The translations under genes and the position numbers were made by a program. The notes below the pieces were generated by a model. That model was not told the DNA's origin and made no database searches. It worked only from the letters and a program-made list of their open reading frames with translations. Shown one piece after another: positions 55,640 through 64,000 of a stretch of 64,000 bases of DNA (positions are counted from its first letter, which is position 1; every line of letters begins with the position of its first letter). Origin of the DNA: an uncultured Phycisphaerales bacterium (GTDB taxonomy: Bacteria > Planctomycetota > Phycisphaerae > Tepidisphaerales > Tepidisphaeraceae); the NCBI GenBank assembly GCA_963755915.1, contig CAVWLP010000003.1:256001-320000 (forward strand), written 5' to 3'.

Positions 55640-55660
55640 GGTGACCCAAAGGATACCGCG

Positions 55661-57917
55661 TCACACGGCATTTCCAATCTTCGCCGGCTTCATTCGGATT
55701 CTTGAAGTATTCACGACCCTCCCCGTCAGCACGATAAACGCCGGGAGCAGCAATGGCCGGACGATGAACGTGTCCACCAGCATGCCCAGGGCAAATGCAA
55801 ATCCGAGCTGAACCAGCAGCTTGATGTCCCCCGCCATGATGCTTCCCAGAGTGGCGGCCATGATGAGGCCGCAGGATGAAATCACCGGGCCGGTGAAGAT
55901 CAGGGCGCGCTCGATGGCTTCCTTTGGGGGGCGCGTCCTTGCTTCCTGTTCGTAGCGCAGGGCGAAAAAAATGCTGTAGTCCTGCCCGACCGCGACGAGC
56001 ACGATGTAGAGGAGCATCTGGACTTTCCATTCCAACTCGTGGGCCCCCAGCGCCTGAAAGACCCAGAGGGTGATGCCGAGCGTGGTGAGATAGCTGAGCG
56101 CGGTGGCGGCGAGGATGAAGATCGCCAGCGGGATATCGCGCAGAGTGAGCGAGACAACGATCGTAATTACGATCAGCGTGAGGGCGACGATCCGATTGAA
56201 ATCGTTGTGGGTGACGGCGGCAATGTCGATCATCTCTGCAGAGGCGCCGGTGAGATGGATGTCACCATCAAAATGAGCGGAAGCCGCGGTCTGCCGGACG
56301 GCGGCGGCGATATTTTTTACGGCGTGCAGGGCCTGATTTGAGAGCGGCGCGACCGTCAGGATCACGCTTAGACGCATCGCGCGGTTGTCGGGACTGATAA
56401 ACTGGCTGGTGATTTTCTCGTGACCAAGCAAAACCATCGCGGCGTTTTGGGCTGAATCGACGTGATAACCCAGCGGAGCCACGAGCGAGCGGACGTTATC
56501 CACATCTCCGATCGCGCGGATCGAAACGACGAACTGACTGCACAATTCGGCCCATGCGTCGGGCGAGATCGGCTGGCGTGCAACGGCCAGAACCGTCACC
56601 GGCGCGGTTTCGCCCGTGGGCCAGTGGCGCCGGGCCATCTCCAGGCCGCGCGCCGCCTGGTAGTTGGATTTCAGACTGGTGAGCGAATCGTAGCTCCACG
56701 GAATATTCAATCCCTGGATGGCCGGGAAGACGAGCAAACCGAGCGTCGAGACGAGAATGATCCGCGGGTGATGCACGACAAATCGGGAAATCGCGGCCCA
56801 GGCGCGCCAGCGATGCATTGCACCGTCCGACGAGACTTTCAAAACTTTCGCCGGCCAAAACGCCCGTGGACCCACAATTGCCAGCAGCGCCGGAACGAGA
56901 GTGGCCGCGGCAAGAGCCGCGATAACCAGCGCGAGCATCACGGCCGGCCCGGCGTGGCGGAATATGCTGAAGCGCGAAGCAGAGCATTGCCAGGCCGGAG
57001 ATCGTCATCACCGCCGAGGATGCGATCGTCCAGAGGCTGTGATCAAGCGATGAAGTAATCGCCTCAATATGGGTATGCCCCTCGCCGAGGAATTCGCGAT
57101 ATCGGCTCATGAACAGCAGCGAATAATCGACGCCGCCGCCGTAGAGCAGGACAAAGGTAAAGATCTCCTCGGCGGTTCCGCTGTGAACGCCGAAGGCTTC
57201 GCCGAGTGTGAGCAATTTCAGGGCGATTACTGCGGCCACGCTGATACCCGCCAGGGGGATCGCCGCTGCACACGGTGCGCGGTAGACCAGCAGCAAAATG
57301 ACGATCACGGAAATCAGCGTGACGAGAAGCGTTTTCTGGTGGCTGCGCTGGGTGGCGATCGCGTAGTCGTATCCGAACCCGGCCGAGCCGGTCACCGCGG
57401 CGGATAGTCTGGGAGGAAGAGATCTGCGCCAGGACGACGTTCTGAACGTGCCGAGCCACGCGCGCGGCCTGCTTGGTGATGTAGTTGAATGGCAGACTGA
57501 TCGAAATAATCGCCGCATGTCCATCCGGGCTGATCAGCGGATTGGCGTTGCCGGCGACGGCGATGCCGCCGGCGTCATGATGGAAATCTGCCTTAGCTCC
57601 TCCGCGGAAATATCCCCATCCCGTGGCTGCGCAATCTCCTGGCCGATGCTTTCGACCCTGGCAAGATCATCCGCTGTCAGGGGAGAATCCGTTCGCTCAA
57701 ATACAACGGCAACCGTGCTCAGCGCCGCGTTGCCGCCGAAATGCTTGGACATCTCTGCCAAGGCGACGTGGATTGCCGTATCGGACGGCAGGAGATCTGT
57801 TGATTCTCCCACCGTTGAATCTGCCGGATGGACAAAACATCCGAGACCAGCCGCAACCGCTATCCATAGCGACACGACGAGCCAGCGAAGTTGGTAAATT
57901 CGTCGTCCGAGGGACAC
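55661..57917 (-). CDS. MMPL-family (RND-related) transporter, two frameshifts
   Basis: GVDYSLLFMSRYRE, AVGQDYSIFF, TGPVISSCGLIMA and DTFIVRPLLLPA across three ORFs. Confidence 0.85.
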
Positions 57918-58248
57918 GGGAGAATGCCGAATGAATTCGTCGGCTCACTCGATATCGGCATTTTAGAGCAAATCACCTTCAGTTGCGCGAGGAGTCGGGA
58001 ATCCCCAATGTGTCACACCTTACTCACTTTTTCTCACTTTTTCCCACTTTTTCGCGTTTTGGGAGGGGGAGAGGATTGACCTGGTGATTTCGAGAGGGGC
58101 TGATGTCCCACCATGTCTCGTTTTATCCCGATTTTGAGAATTTTTTCCGAGTGCCGGGGTAGCGGGGAGCGTTGAAGATGGAAAGCAGAATGGTCATGAG
58201 GATGAGCGCTGAATGCGTCATGTGATCGATTGGAAAGAGTGTGCATCT

Positions 58249-59325
58249 TGCTCTGTCTCAATCCTCATAGGTTGAGGATAAGCATGACGTTGTGGGTAAC
58301 GGCTCTGAGCAAAAGATCCCTCTTCCGCCCCCAGGCGGTCCGGGAACGGCACGCTGAACCCAGATTACGTTTCACCATGCTGTTTACCGTCTCACTCTGC
58401 CAGCGTTGACAATAACGCTTATGGTCCGGCAGTCCCCGCTTCAGCCGTCGTGACATCAGACGGCGGTAGCGAGTCGTCGGTTCGCGATTCCACAGCCAGC
58501 CCCGTCGGGCGGGGATGATCGAGCGAACCTTCAGGACCTCTCTTGCCAAGCGGTGATTGGCCTCTGAATCGAAACCCGCATCCGCCAGCACCACGCGCGG
58601 ACGCATTCGAGAACAGGCACGCGACAACAGCGGTGCAAAGTGGGCATGATCGGTTCCCAGGCCAGTGGTCGCTTGTGCCGCAACGATCAAATGGGATGCG
58701 GCCTGAACCGCCAGCGAAAGCTTGGGCAATTGTTTGGCGGTTGCAGATCGGCGTCGATTCACTCGCTGGGGCGTCGGGTTGGGCTGGAATTTCAGAGCAT
58801 TTTCGTTGCGTCTCTTCTCAAAATACCGACTGACGTGATGGTGTTCAAACCAACTGGAATCCAGCGTAATCAGATGGAAAAGATCATTGCCAACCGACTT
58901 GCCTACTTTTTTTTCTTGCGACGTTGCGCCTGCTTGGCCACAGCGATGGACAGGTCCAGCATCGTTTCGACCAGCCGGGGTTTGACCAGCCGATGAAACG
59001 CCCGACACAGCGTGTTGTGATCCGGCACTTTTTTCAGGCCGATGTCCTGACACCACTGCGGACAATCCTCCAGAAGCGCCACCAGCCCGCGATAACTCTT
59101 TTTCTGATGCTCACGTAAAACCAGACAGGCAAACAACTGGGGATCAGTAAAATCTTTGCGGCTGAACTTCGAGCGACCCTTCAGACAGGCCAATCCCAAT
59201 GCATAAGCCGCATTCAGTACCTTCCGTGGCGATTTGCAGGTCTCCATCCTGCATGATGTAACAACTCAACGCCGAATGCGCAAATTTCTGCAAGGTCGCT
59301 TCGCGTCGAGGATTGAGACAGAGCA
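58249..59325 (-). mobile_element. Insertion sequence, 1077 bp, IS5-family-like
   Basis: Perfect 18-bp IR TGCTCTGTCTCAATCCTC (58249-58266 / 59308-59325) and perfect 9-bp TSD TGTGCATCT (58240-58248 / 59326-59334). Confidence 0.92.
58265..59247 (-). CDS. DDE transposase split by a -1 frameshift at an A8 run (58907-58914)
   Basis: VPDHNTLCRAF, LDSSWFE, LADAGFD and YCQRWQSETVNSMVK. Confidence 0.88.
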
Positions 59326-59453
59326 TGTGCATCTATATACAGGTCCAAAGGGTGTACGTTTTGGACCTATTTTTGAAAAATCGGGGAATTTTTTGTTGGC
59401 GATTGTTGAGAATGCAAAGAATCTGACAAGGCGGCAATGAATGAGGCGTGCGG

Positions 59454-60335
59454 TCACGCCGCGCGGTCGTCGCGGGTCCATTTGTGGCGCAGTTGGCGGG
59501 CGGCTCGGTTGAAAGAAATCGTGAAGCGGATCAGGAGATAAAGCGACCAGAGTATGAACAGCACGCCTGCGGTCGCCATGACCAGCGCCAGCATCAGCGC
59601 GACATCAGATCTTTCCCACCAAAAATCGCCGAGCCCGAACATGCGGTGGTATATATTGATAAAACCAATTGCGAAGACATAGCAGACGGCGAGCGAAGCC
59701 CCAACTCCGACAATCAGGCAATGTTCGGCCAGATGCGCACTGCGCGCCCGAACCGCCAGCCCGCGCAAACGCAGAAACACCAGCAGCGGCAGCAAAAATA
59801 AACCGGCGAACAGAAGCCATATCAGGGTCAGGTTCACATCCGGATAGTCGACACGATAATGCCGCGGGTGGTACGGTAGCACATACACCCATTCCAAAGC
59901 CGCAGCGGCCACTAGAAAAAACGGAAGGATACGAAGCAGTCTCCGCAACCACCGATCCGCAACGTCCGCCGGCGCGTAACCCTCCCGGCGGGTCAGCAGA
60001 AGAACGCCGAACAAAAGTATAAGCACAGCAAGATCCAACCCCCACGCGCCAAAATTGGGGTAATGCAGCGACAGGATGCTGGCAGAGTGCCCCACATCGT
60101 TCGCCACAAACAGCGTCCAGAGCACCATCGTGACAATCGCCAGCAGTATAAGATTCGACCCCCTTGCAATCGTCCTGAGCCATTTCGGCCGCGTGTTGTG
60201 CAGCTCATCCGTCACCCGCCGGCTGCGTTCCGCCAGCAGCCCGCATTCGGGGCAGGGCTGGTCGTCGGCAATGCCGCGCAGGTCGTAGCCGCAGCGGTAG
60301 CATTGGCCGGAGGATTCTGTTGGCGTCTGGCTCAC
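59454..60335 (-). CDS. Membrane protein with N-terminal zinc-ribbon
   Basis: CYRCGYDLRG...CPECG followed by about 6 hydrophobic segments. Confidence 0.75.
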   Translation of the reverse strand: MSQTPTESSGQCYRCGYDLRGIADDQPCPECGLLAERSRRVTDELHNTRPKWLRTIARGSNLILLAIVTMVLWTLFVANDVGHSASILSLHYPNFGAWGLDLAVLILLFGVLLLTRREGYAPADVADRWLRRLLRILPFFLVAAAALEWVYVLPYHPRHYRVDYPDVNLTLIWLLFAGLFLLPLLVFLRLRGLAVRARSAHLAEHCLIVGVGASLAVCYVFAIGFINIYHRMFGLGDFWWERSDVALMLALVMATAGVLFILWSLYLLIRFTISFNRAARQLRHKWTRDDRAA

Positions 60336-60792
60336 CTTTGATAAGACGGATTATATCGCTTTACTTCCGCGCATTTTCGGCTCGCGCGGTACTGGGGGAG
60401 AGGGGAAGCGGACGCAGTCCGCGCGGGGTGAAGACTGCCGGTGTGCGAGATTTTTTCAGCCTCAAATCTCCCGGAGTAGCGTTTGTCATTACTCACATTC
60501 ATTGGGGTGAAACGGCTGGAGTTACATCGGAAAAGACGGAGGAGTGTTTTCGGTTGTGGCCTGTGTGACGGGAAGATTCGTTGGCTCGAATATCACGGGC
60601 GGTTCCGCCGGGCGCGCACATGGCTGGCCTGGTGACGGTCGGGGCGGCCTTGGGGTGTTGGGCGGGAAAGCGCCGTGCGGTTCGACACAGCTCACCGAAA
60701 TCAAGCACGGCGGCTACACGGGGAGAAGGTGGGGGCGGCCTTAGGCCTGAGCTTCGTGGAGTTCCCGGCGAGGGGAGAGTGCCGAACAATGG

Positions 60793-61461
60793 CTAGGATT
60801 TGATCCCCATCGCCTGAAAGAAACTTTCGGCCAAAATCTCCGACGGTTGGGCAAATATCAATTTCGCCCCGGCATCCCGAAGTTCTTCGGCCTTATGCGT
60901 CGTGGTTACCGCCACCGGCAGCATCCCCGCCGCGACGGCGGCTGCTATTCCTGTGGGGGCATCCTCGATCACGGCGCAATCGCTCGGATCGACAGCCAGG
61001 CGTTTTGCGGCGATCAGAAATACATCGGGCGCGGGCTTGCCGCGGTGAACTTCTGAGCCGTTTACCGTTGCGTCGAAAAACGATCGCAATTTCCCCGCAT
61101 CGAGCACCAGGTTTACATTCTCCGGGGGGGCCGAGGAACCTACGGCGATCCGAATCCCCCGCGCTTTCAGATCCTTCAAAACATCTGCAATGCCCGGCGC
61201 GAGGGGAACATTGGCGCGAATGATGTCGCGAAACGCCGCCTCTTTGGCCTCGGCAATTTCATCCGACTCGGCGGGCGGAATCTGCGGCCCAAAGAGAATC
61301 CGGATGCAATCGCGATTCACCCGCCCGAAACAGGAGAGAAATGTCTCGTACTTCAGCTCGACGCCGCGCGGTTTGGCGGCCGCCAGCCAGCTTTGCCAGT
61401 GGGCGGCTTCGGTGAGGACGATGACGCCATCCATGTCGAAAATCACGGCCTTGGGTGGCAT
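60793..61461 (-). CDS. HAD-family phosphatase (subfamily IA)
   Basis: FDMDGV, GSS, KPAPDVF and IEDA. Confidence 0.9.
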   Translation of the reverse strand: MPPKAVIFDMDGVIVLTEAAHWQSWLAAAKPRGVELKYETFLSCFGRVNRDCIRILFGPQIPPAESDEIAEAKEAAFRDIIRANVPLAPGIADVLKDLKARGIRIAVGSSAPPENVNLVLDAGKLRSFFDATVNGSEVHRGKPAPDVFLIAAKRLAVDPSDCAVIEDAPTGIAAAVAAGMLPVAVTTTHKAEELRDAGAKLIFAQPSEILAESFFQAMGIKS

Positions 61462-61467
61462 CGCGAA

Positions 61468-62175
61468 TTACCGCTTTTCCTGGCCGTAATAGGCTTTGGC
61501 TCCGTGCTTGCGGAGGAAATGTTTATCGAGCAAGTCCTGGGGAATCGGGCTGAGGTTGGGATTCAGGGCCAGGGTGTGAAGGGCCATGTGGGCGGAAAAC
61601 TCCAGGACGATGGCATTTTCGACCGCTTTTTCGGCGGTCGCGCCCCAGGCAAAGGGGGCATGGCTGGCGATGAGTACGCCGGGGACGTTTGCCGGGTCGA
61701 TCTTGCCGCCGCGGAAACGCTCTACGATGGCCTTGCCGGTGTTCAGCTCGTAGTCGCTCTCGATTTCCGCGGGCGTAAGCTGGCGAGTCACCGGGATGGC
61801 GCCATAGAAGTTGTCGGCGTGGGTGGTGCCGAAGCAGGGGATTTCGCGATTTGCCTGGGCGAAACAGGTGCCGTAGAGGGAGTGGGTGTGGGCGACGCCG
61901 CCGAGGGATTCGAACTGCTGGTAAAGGAGCAGATGCGTCGGGGTATCCGACGACGGCTTGGTCGTGCCGTCAACGATCTCGCCGGTGGCGATGGAAAGGA
62001 CGACGATGTCGTTGGGCTGAAGCTTGTCGTACGGGACGCCGCTGGGCTTGATGGCCATCACGCCTTCTTTGCGATCGGCGGCGCTGGCGTTGCCCCAGGT
62101 CAGGGTAACCAGTCCCGCTTCCACCAGCGCGAGGTTGGCGCGAAGGACCCGCTTTTTGAGTTCGTCGTATGGCAT
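61468..62175 (-). CDS. araD: L-ribulose-5-phosphate 4-epimerase
   Basis: TWGNAS, IKPSGV, PSSDTPTH, HTHS, GTTHAD and RKHG..AYYGQ. Confidence 0.95.
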   Translation of the reverse strand: MPYDELKKRVLRANLALVEAGLVTLTWGNASAADRKEGVMAIKPSGVPYDKLQPNDIVVLSIATGEIVDGTTKPSSDTPTHLLLYQQFESLGGVAHTHSLYGTCFAQANREIPCFGTTHADNFYGAIPVTRQLTPAEIESDYELNTGKAIVERFRGGKIDPANVPGVLIASHAPFAWGATAEKAVENAIVLEFSAHMALHTLALNPNLSPIPQDLLDKHFLRKHGAKAYYGQEKR

Positions 62176-62185
62176 TGTGACCCGA

Positions 62186-63715
62186 TTATACCTGCCCCAG
62201 CCCCTGAGCGAGATGATAGTACACTTCGTTCGAACGGAGCATCTGCAGGAACAACGGCAACTTGGTTTGGCCGTCGATCCGAACCAGCTCCACCCCGGCA
62301 ATATCCGCGAACGACTGCATATGCTCCATGTTCACGGCATAGCTGTAGGCGGTGTGATGGGCGCCGCCGGCGTAAATCCATGCGGCGCACGCGGTCTTGA
62401 AATCCGGCCGGCATTTCCAAACCGCCCGGGCCACCGGCAGCTTGGGCAACGGATGGGGCGGGACGATGGCGTCGACCTCATTGACGATCAGGCGAAACCG
62501 ATTCCCCAGATCGATCAGCGATGCGTTAATCGCCGCTCCCGCCGGGGCGTCGAACACCAATCGCACCGGGTCGGCCTTGCCGCCGATTCCCAGGGGATGA
62601 ATCTCGAGCGACGGCTTTCCCGCCGCGATCGAGGAGCAGACTTCCAGCATATGCGCACCCAGCACCAGCGGCTGGCTGGGATCGAGATGATAGGTGTAAT
62701 CCTCCATGAACGACGTCCCACCCTCCATCCCGTGCGCCATTGTCTTGAGCGATCGCAGCAACGCACAGGTTTTCCAATCTCCCTCGGCTCCAAATCCATA
62801 CCCGTCGTTCATGAGCCGTTGCACTGCCAGCCCCGGCAACTGCTTCAAGCCATGCAGATCTTCAAACGTCGTGGTGAAGCCTTTAAAATTTCCCTGCTCC
62901 AGAAACGCCCGCAGGCCCAGCTCGATCCTGGCGCCGTCGCGAAGCGATTCGTGGCGGGCGCCGCCGGAGCGCAGCTCGGCTGCTACCGCGTATTGCGATT
63001 CATAGTCTTTGCATAGCGAGGTAATCGCGCCGTCGCCGACTTCATTGACATACCTGACCACGTCTCCCACGCCATAGCCATTGACCGCAAACCCGAAGCG
63101 GTTTTCCGCGGCGACTTTGTCTCCGTCCGTGACGGCGACGAATCGCATATTGTCGCCGATGCGGGCGAATCGAGCGCCCTGCAAATCATTCCACCCCGCG
63201 GCGGCGCACGACCAGGTGGCGATCTGGGTCTGCACGTCGGGATCTGTCCAGTGGCCGACGACGACCTTGCGATTCAGCCGCATTCGCGTGTGCATGAACC
63301 CCGCCTCGCGATCCCCATGCGCGGACTGGTTGAGGTTCATGAAATCCATGTCGATCGTCGCCCACGGCAGATCGCGATTGAACTGTGTATGCAAATGCAG
63401 CATCGGCTTGCGAAGCGCCCTCAGGCCGCCGATCCACATCTTGGAGGGGGAGAAGGTGTGCATCCAAAGGACGACGCCCACGCATTTGGGAGAGGAGCTG
63501 GCCTCGGTGCAAATGGCGCGAATATCCTCCGGCGTCGTCTGGACGCCCCGCTCGACGACGCGGATGGGAATGCGTTTCGAATCGTTCAAACCGCGCACGA
63601 CGCTGCCGGCGTCGGCGGCAACCTGCTTGAGCGTTTCCGGGCCATATAGATGCTGGCTTCCGGTGAGAAACCAGAGTTCGAGTTCCTTAAAGGGGTCTTT
63701 CACAGAGCTGGGCAT
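62186..63715 (-). CDS. araA: L-arabinose isomerase
   Basis: [42 protein letters not shown] and GGAHH. Confidence 0.96.
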   Translation of the reverse strand: MPSSVKDPFKELELWFLTGSQHLYGPETLKQVAADAGSVVRGLNDSKRIPIRVVERGVQTTPEDIRAICTEASSSPKCVGVVLWMHTFSPSKMWIGGLRALRKPMLHLHTQFNRDLPWATIDMDFMNLNQSAHGDREAGFMHTRMRLNRKVVVGHWTDPDVQTQIATWSCAAAGWNDLQGARFARIGDNMRFVAVTDGDKVAAENRFGFAVNGYGVGDVVRYVNEVGDGAITSLCKDYESQYAVAAELRSGGARHESLRDGARIELGLRAFLEQGNFKGFTTTFEDLHGLKQLPGLAVQRLMNDGYGFGAEGDWKTCALLRSLKTMAHGMEGGTSFMEDYTYHLDPSQPLVLGAHMLEVCSSIAAGKPSLEIHPLGIGGKADPVRLVFDAPAGAAINASLIDLGNRFRLIVNEVDAIVPPHPLPKLPVARAVWKCRPDFKTACAAWIYAGGAHHTAYSYAVNMEHMQSFADIAGVELVRIDGQTKLPLFLQMLRSNEVYYHLAQGLGQV

Positions 63716-63735
63716 TGGGACTTCCCGCAAAATCT

Positions 63736-64000
63736 TTATGCGACGCCGCGCACTTTGTCGCGGATCGCCAGCAGTTCTTTCATGACATCCGAGAGATCGG
63801 CCTTTTGGCCGGCGATGCCGAAGGCATCATGCAGCCGCCGATAGAGCCGATAGAGTTTTTCGTAGGTGGCGGCGCGCCTGGGGTCCGGATCAAACGGCTT
63901 TTCGTTGACAGCGGTCATCGCGTCAATGGCTTCCTGGAAATTGTCGTATCCCCCCTGCCCTTTTCCCGCGACAACGCTGGCCGCCACTGCTGATCCGAGG
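63736..64000 (-). CDS. araB: Ribulokinase C-terminus (start outside window)
   Basis: FGGY-kinase tail [16 protein letters not shown]...VMKELL, directly upstream of araA. Confidence 0.8.
   Translation of the reverse strand, partial: LGSAVAASVVAGKGQGGYDNFQEAIDAMTAVNEKPFDPDPRRAATYEKLYRLYRRLHDAFGIAGQKADLSDVMKELLAIRDKVRGVA

Noticed and set aside
1142-57917. About 20 frameshifted genes as pseudogenes, phase variation or recoding
   Set aside because: Single-base indels are spread over unrelated gene classes, often at short runs, with intact motifs on both sides. Long-read error is the simpler explanation; polishing would decide.
59341-59368. Hairpin AGGTCCAAA...TTTGGACCT as a terminator or IS end
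   Set aside because: Lies outside the TSD-defined IS and far from a gene end; function unsupported.
1-64000. CRISPR array, tRNA/rRNA, prophage
   Set aside because: No repeat-spacer array, RNA gene signature or phage structural gene was seen by eye.

Overview
High-GC bacterial DNA whose gene content (PEP-CTERM proteins, prepilin-type/DGHV-CTERM proteins, a LEPR-xLL-like protein, XylR-type regulators) points to Planctomycetota, most likely Phycisphaerae (inference). About 20 single-base frameshifts in ordinary genes look like long-read errors, so split ORFs are merged below. 1-35.6 kb is a glycan-utilisation region with two alpha-galactosidases, a DUF5107/TPR protein, GH95, two CE8, three GH28, GH52, an ExuT-like MFS, six PEP-CTERM proteins and two prepilin-like proteins, but no SusC/SusD, TonB receptor or sugar ABC genes. 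Five promoters in the pectin part share a 20-bp tandem direct-repeat site at a nearly fixed distance from a -10 box. 35.6-41.9 kb is a hybrid kinase/NtrC/ECF module with a perfect sigma54 promoter in front of the ECF gene. 44.8-47.2 kb is a transposase-less element with 59-bp inverted repeats carrying fragments of Hachiman hamA/hamB and a PD-(D/E)XK nuclease. The rest holds an ABC exporter, a two-component system, an MMPL/ABM/Fe-ADH cluster, an IS5-family IS with 18-bp IR and 9-bp TSD, and araB-araA-araD-HAD. No rRNA, tRNA or CRISPR array was seen.
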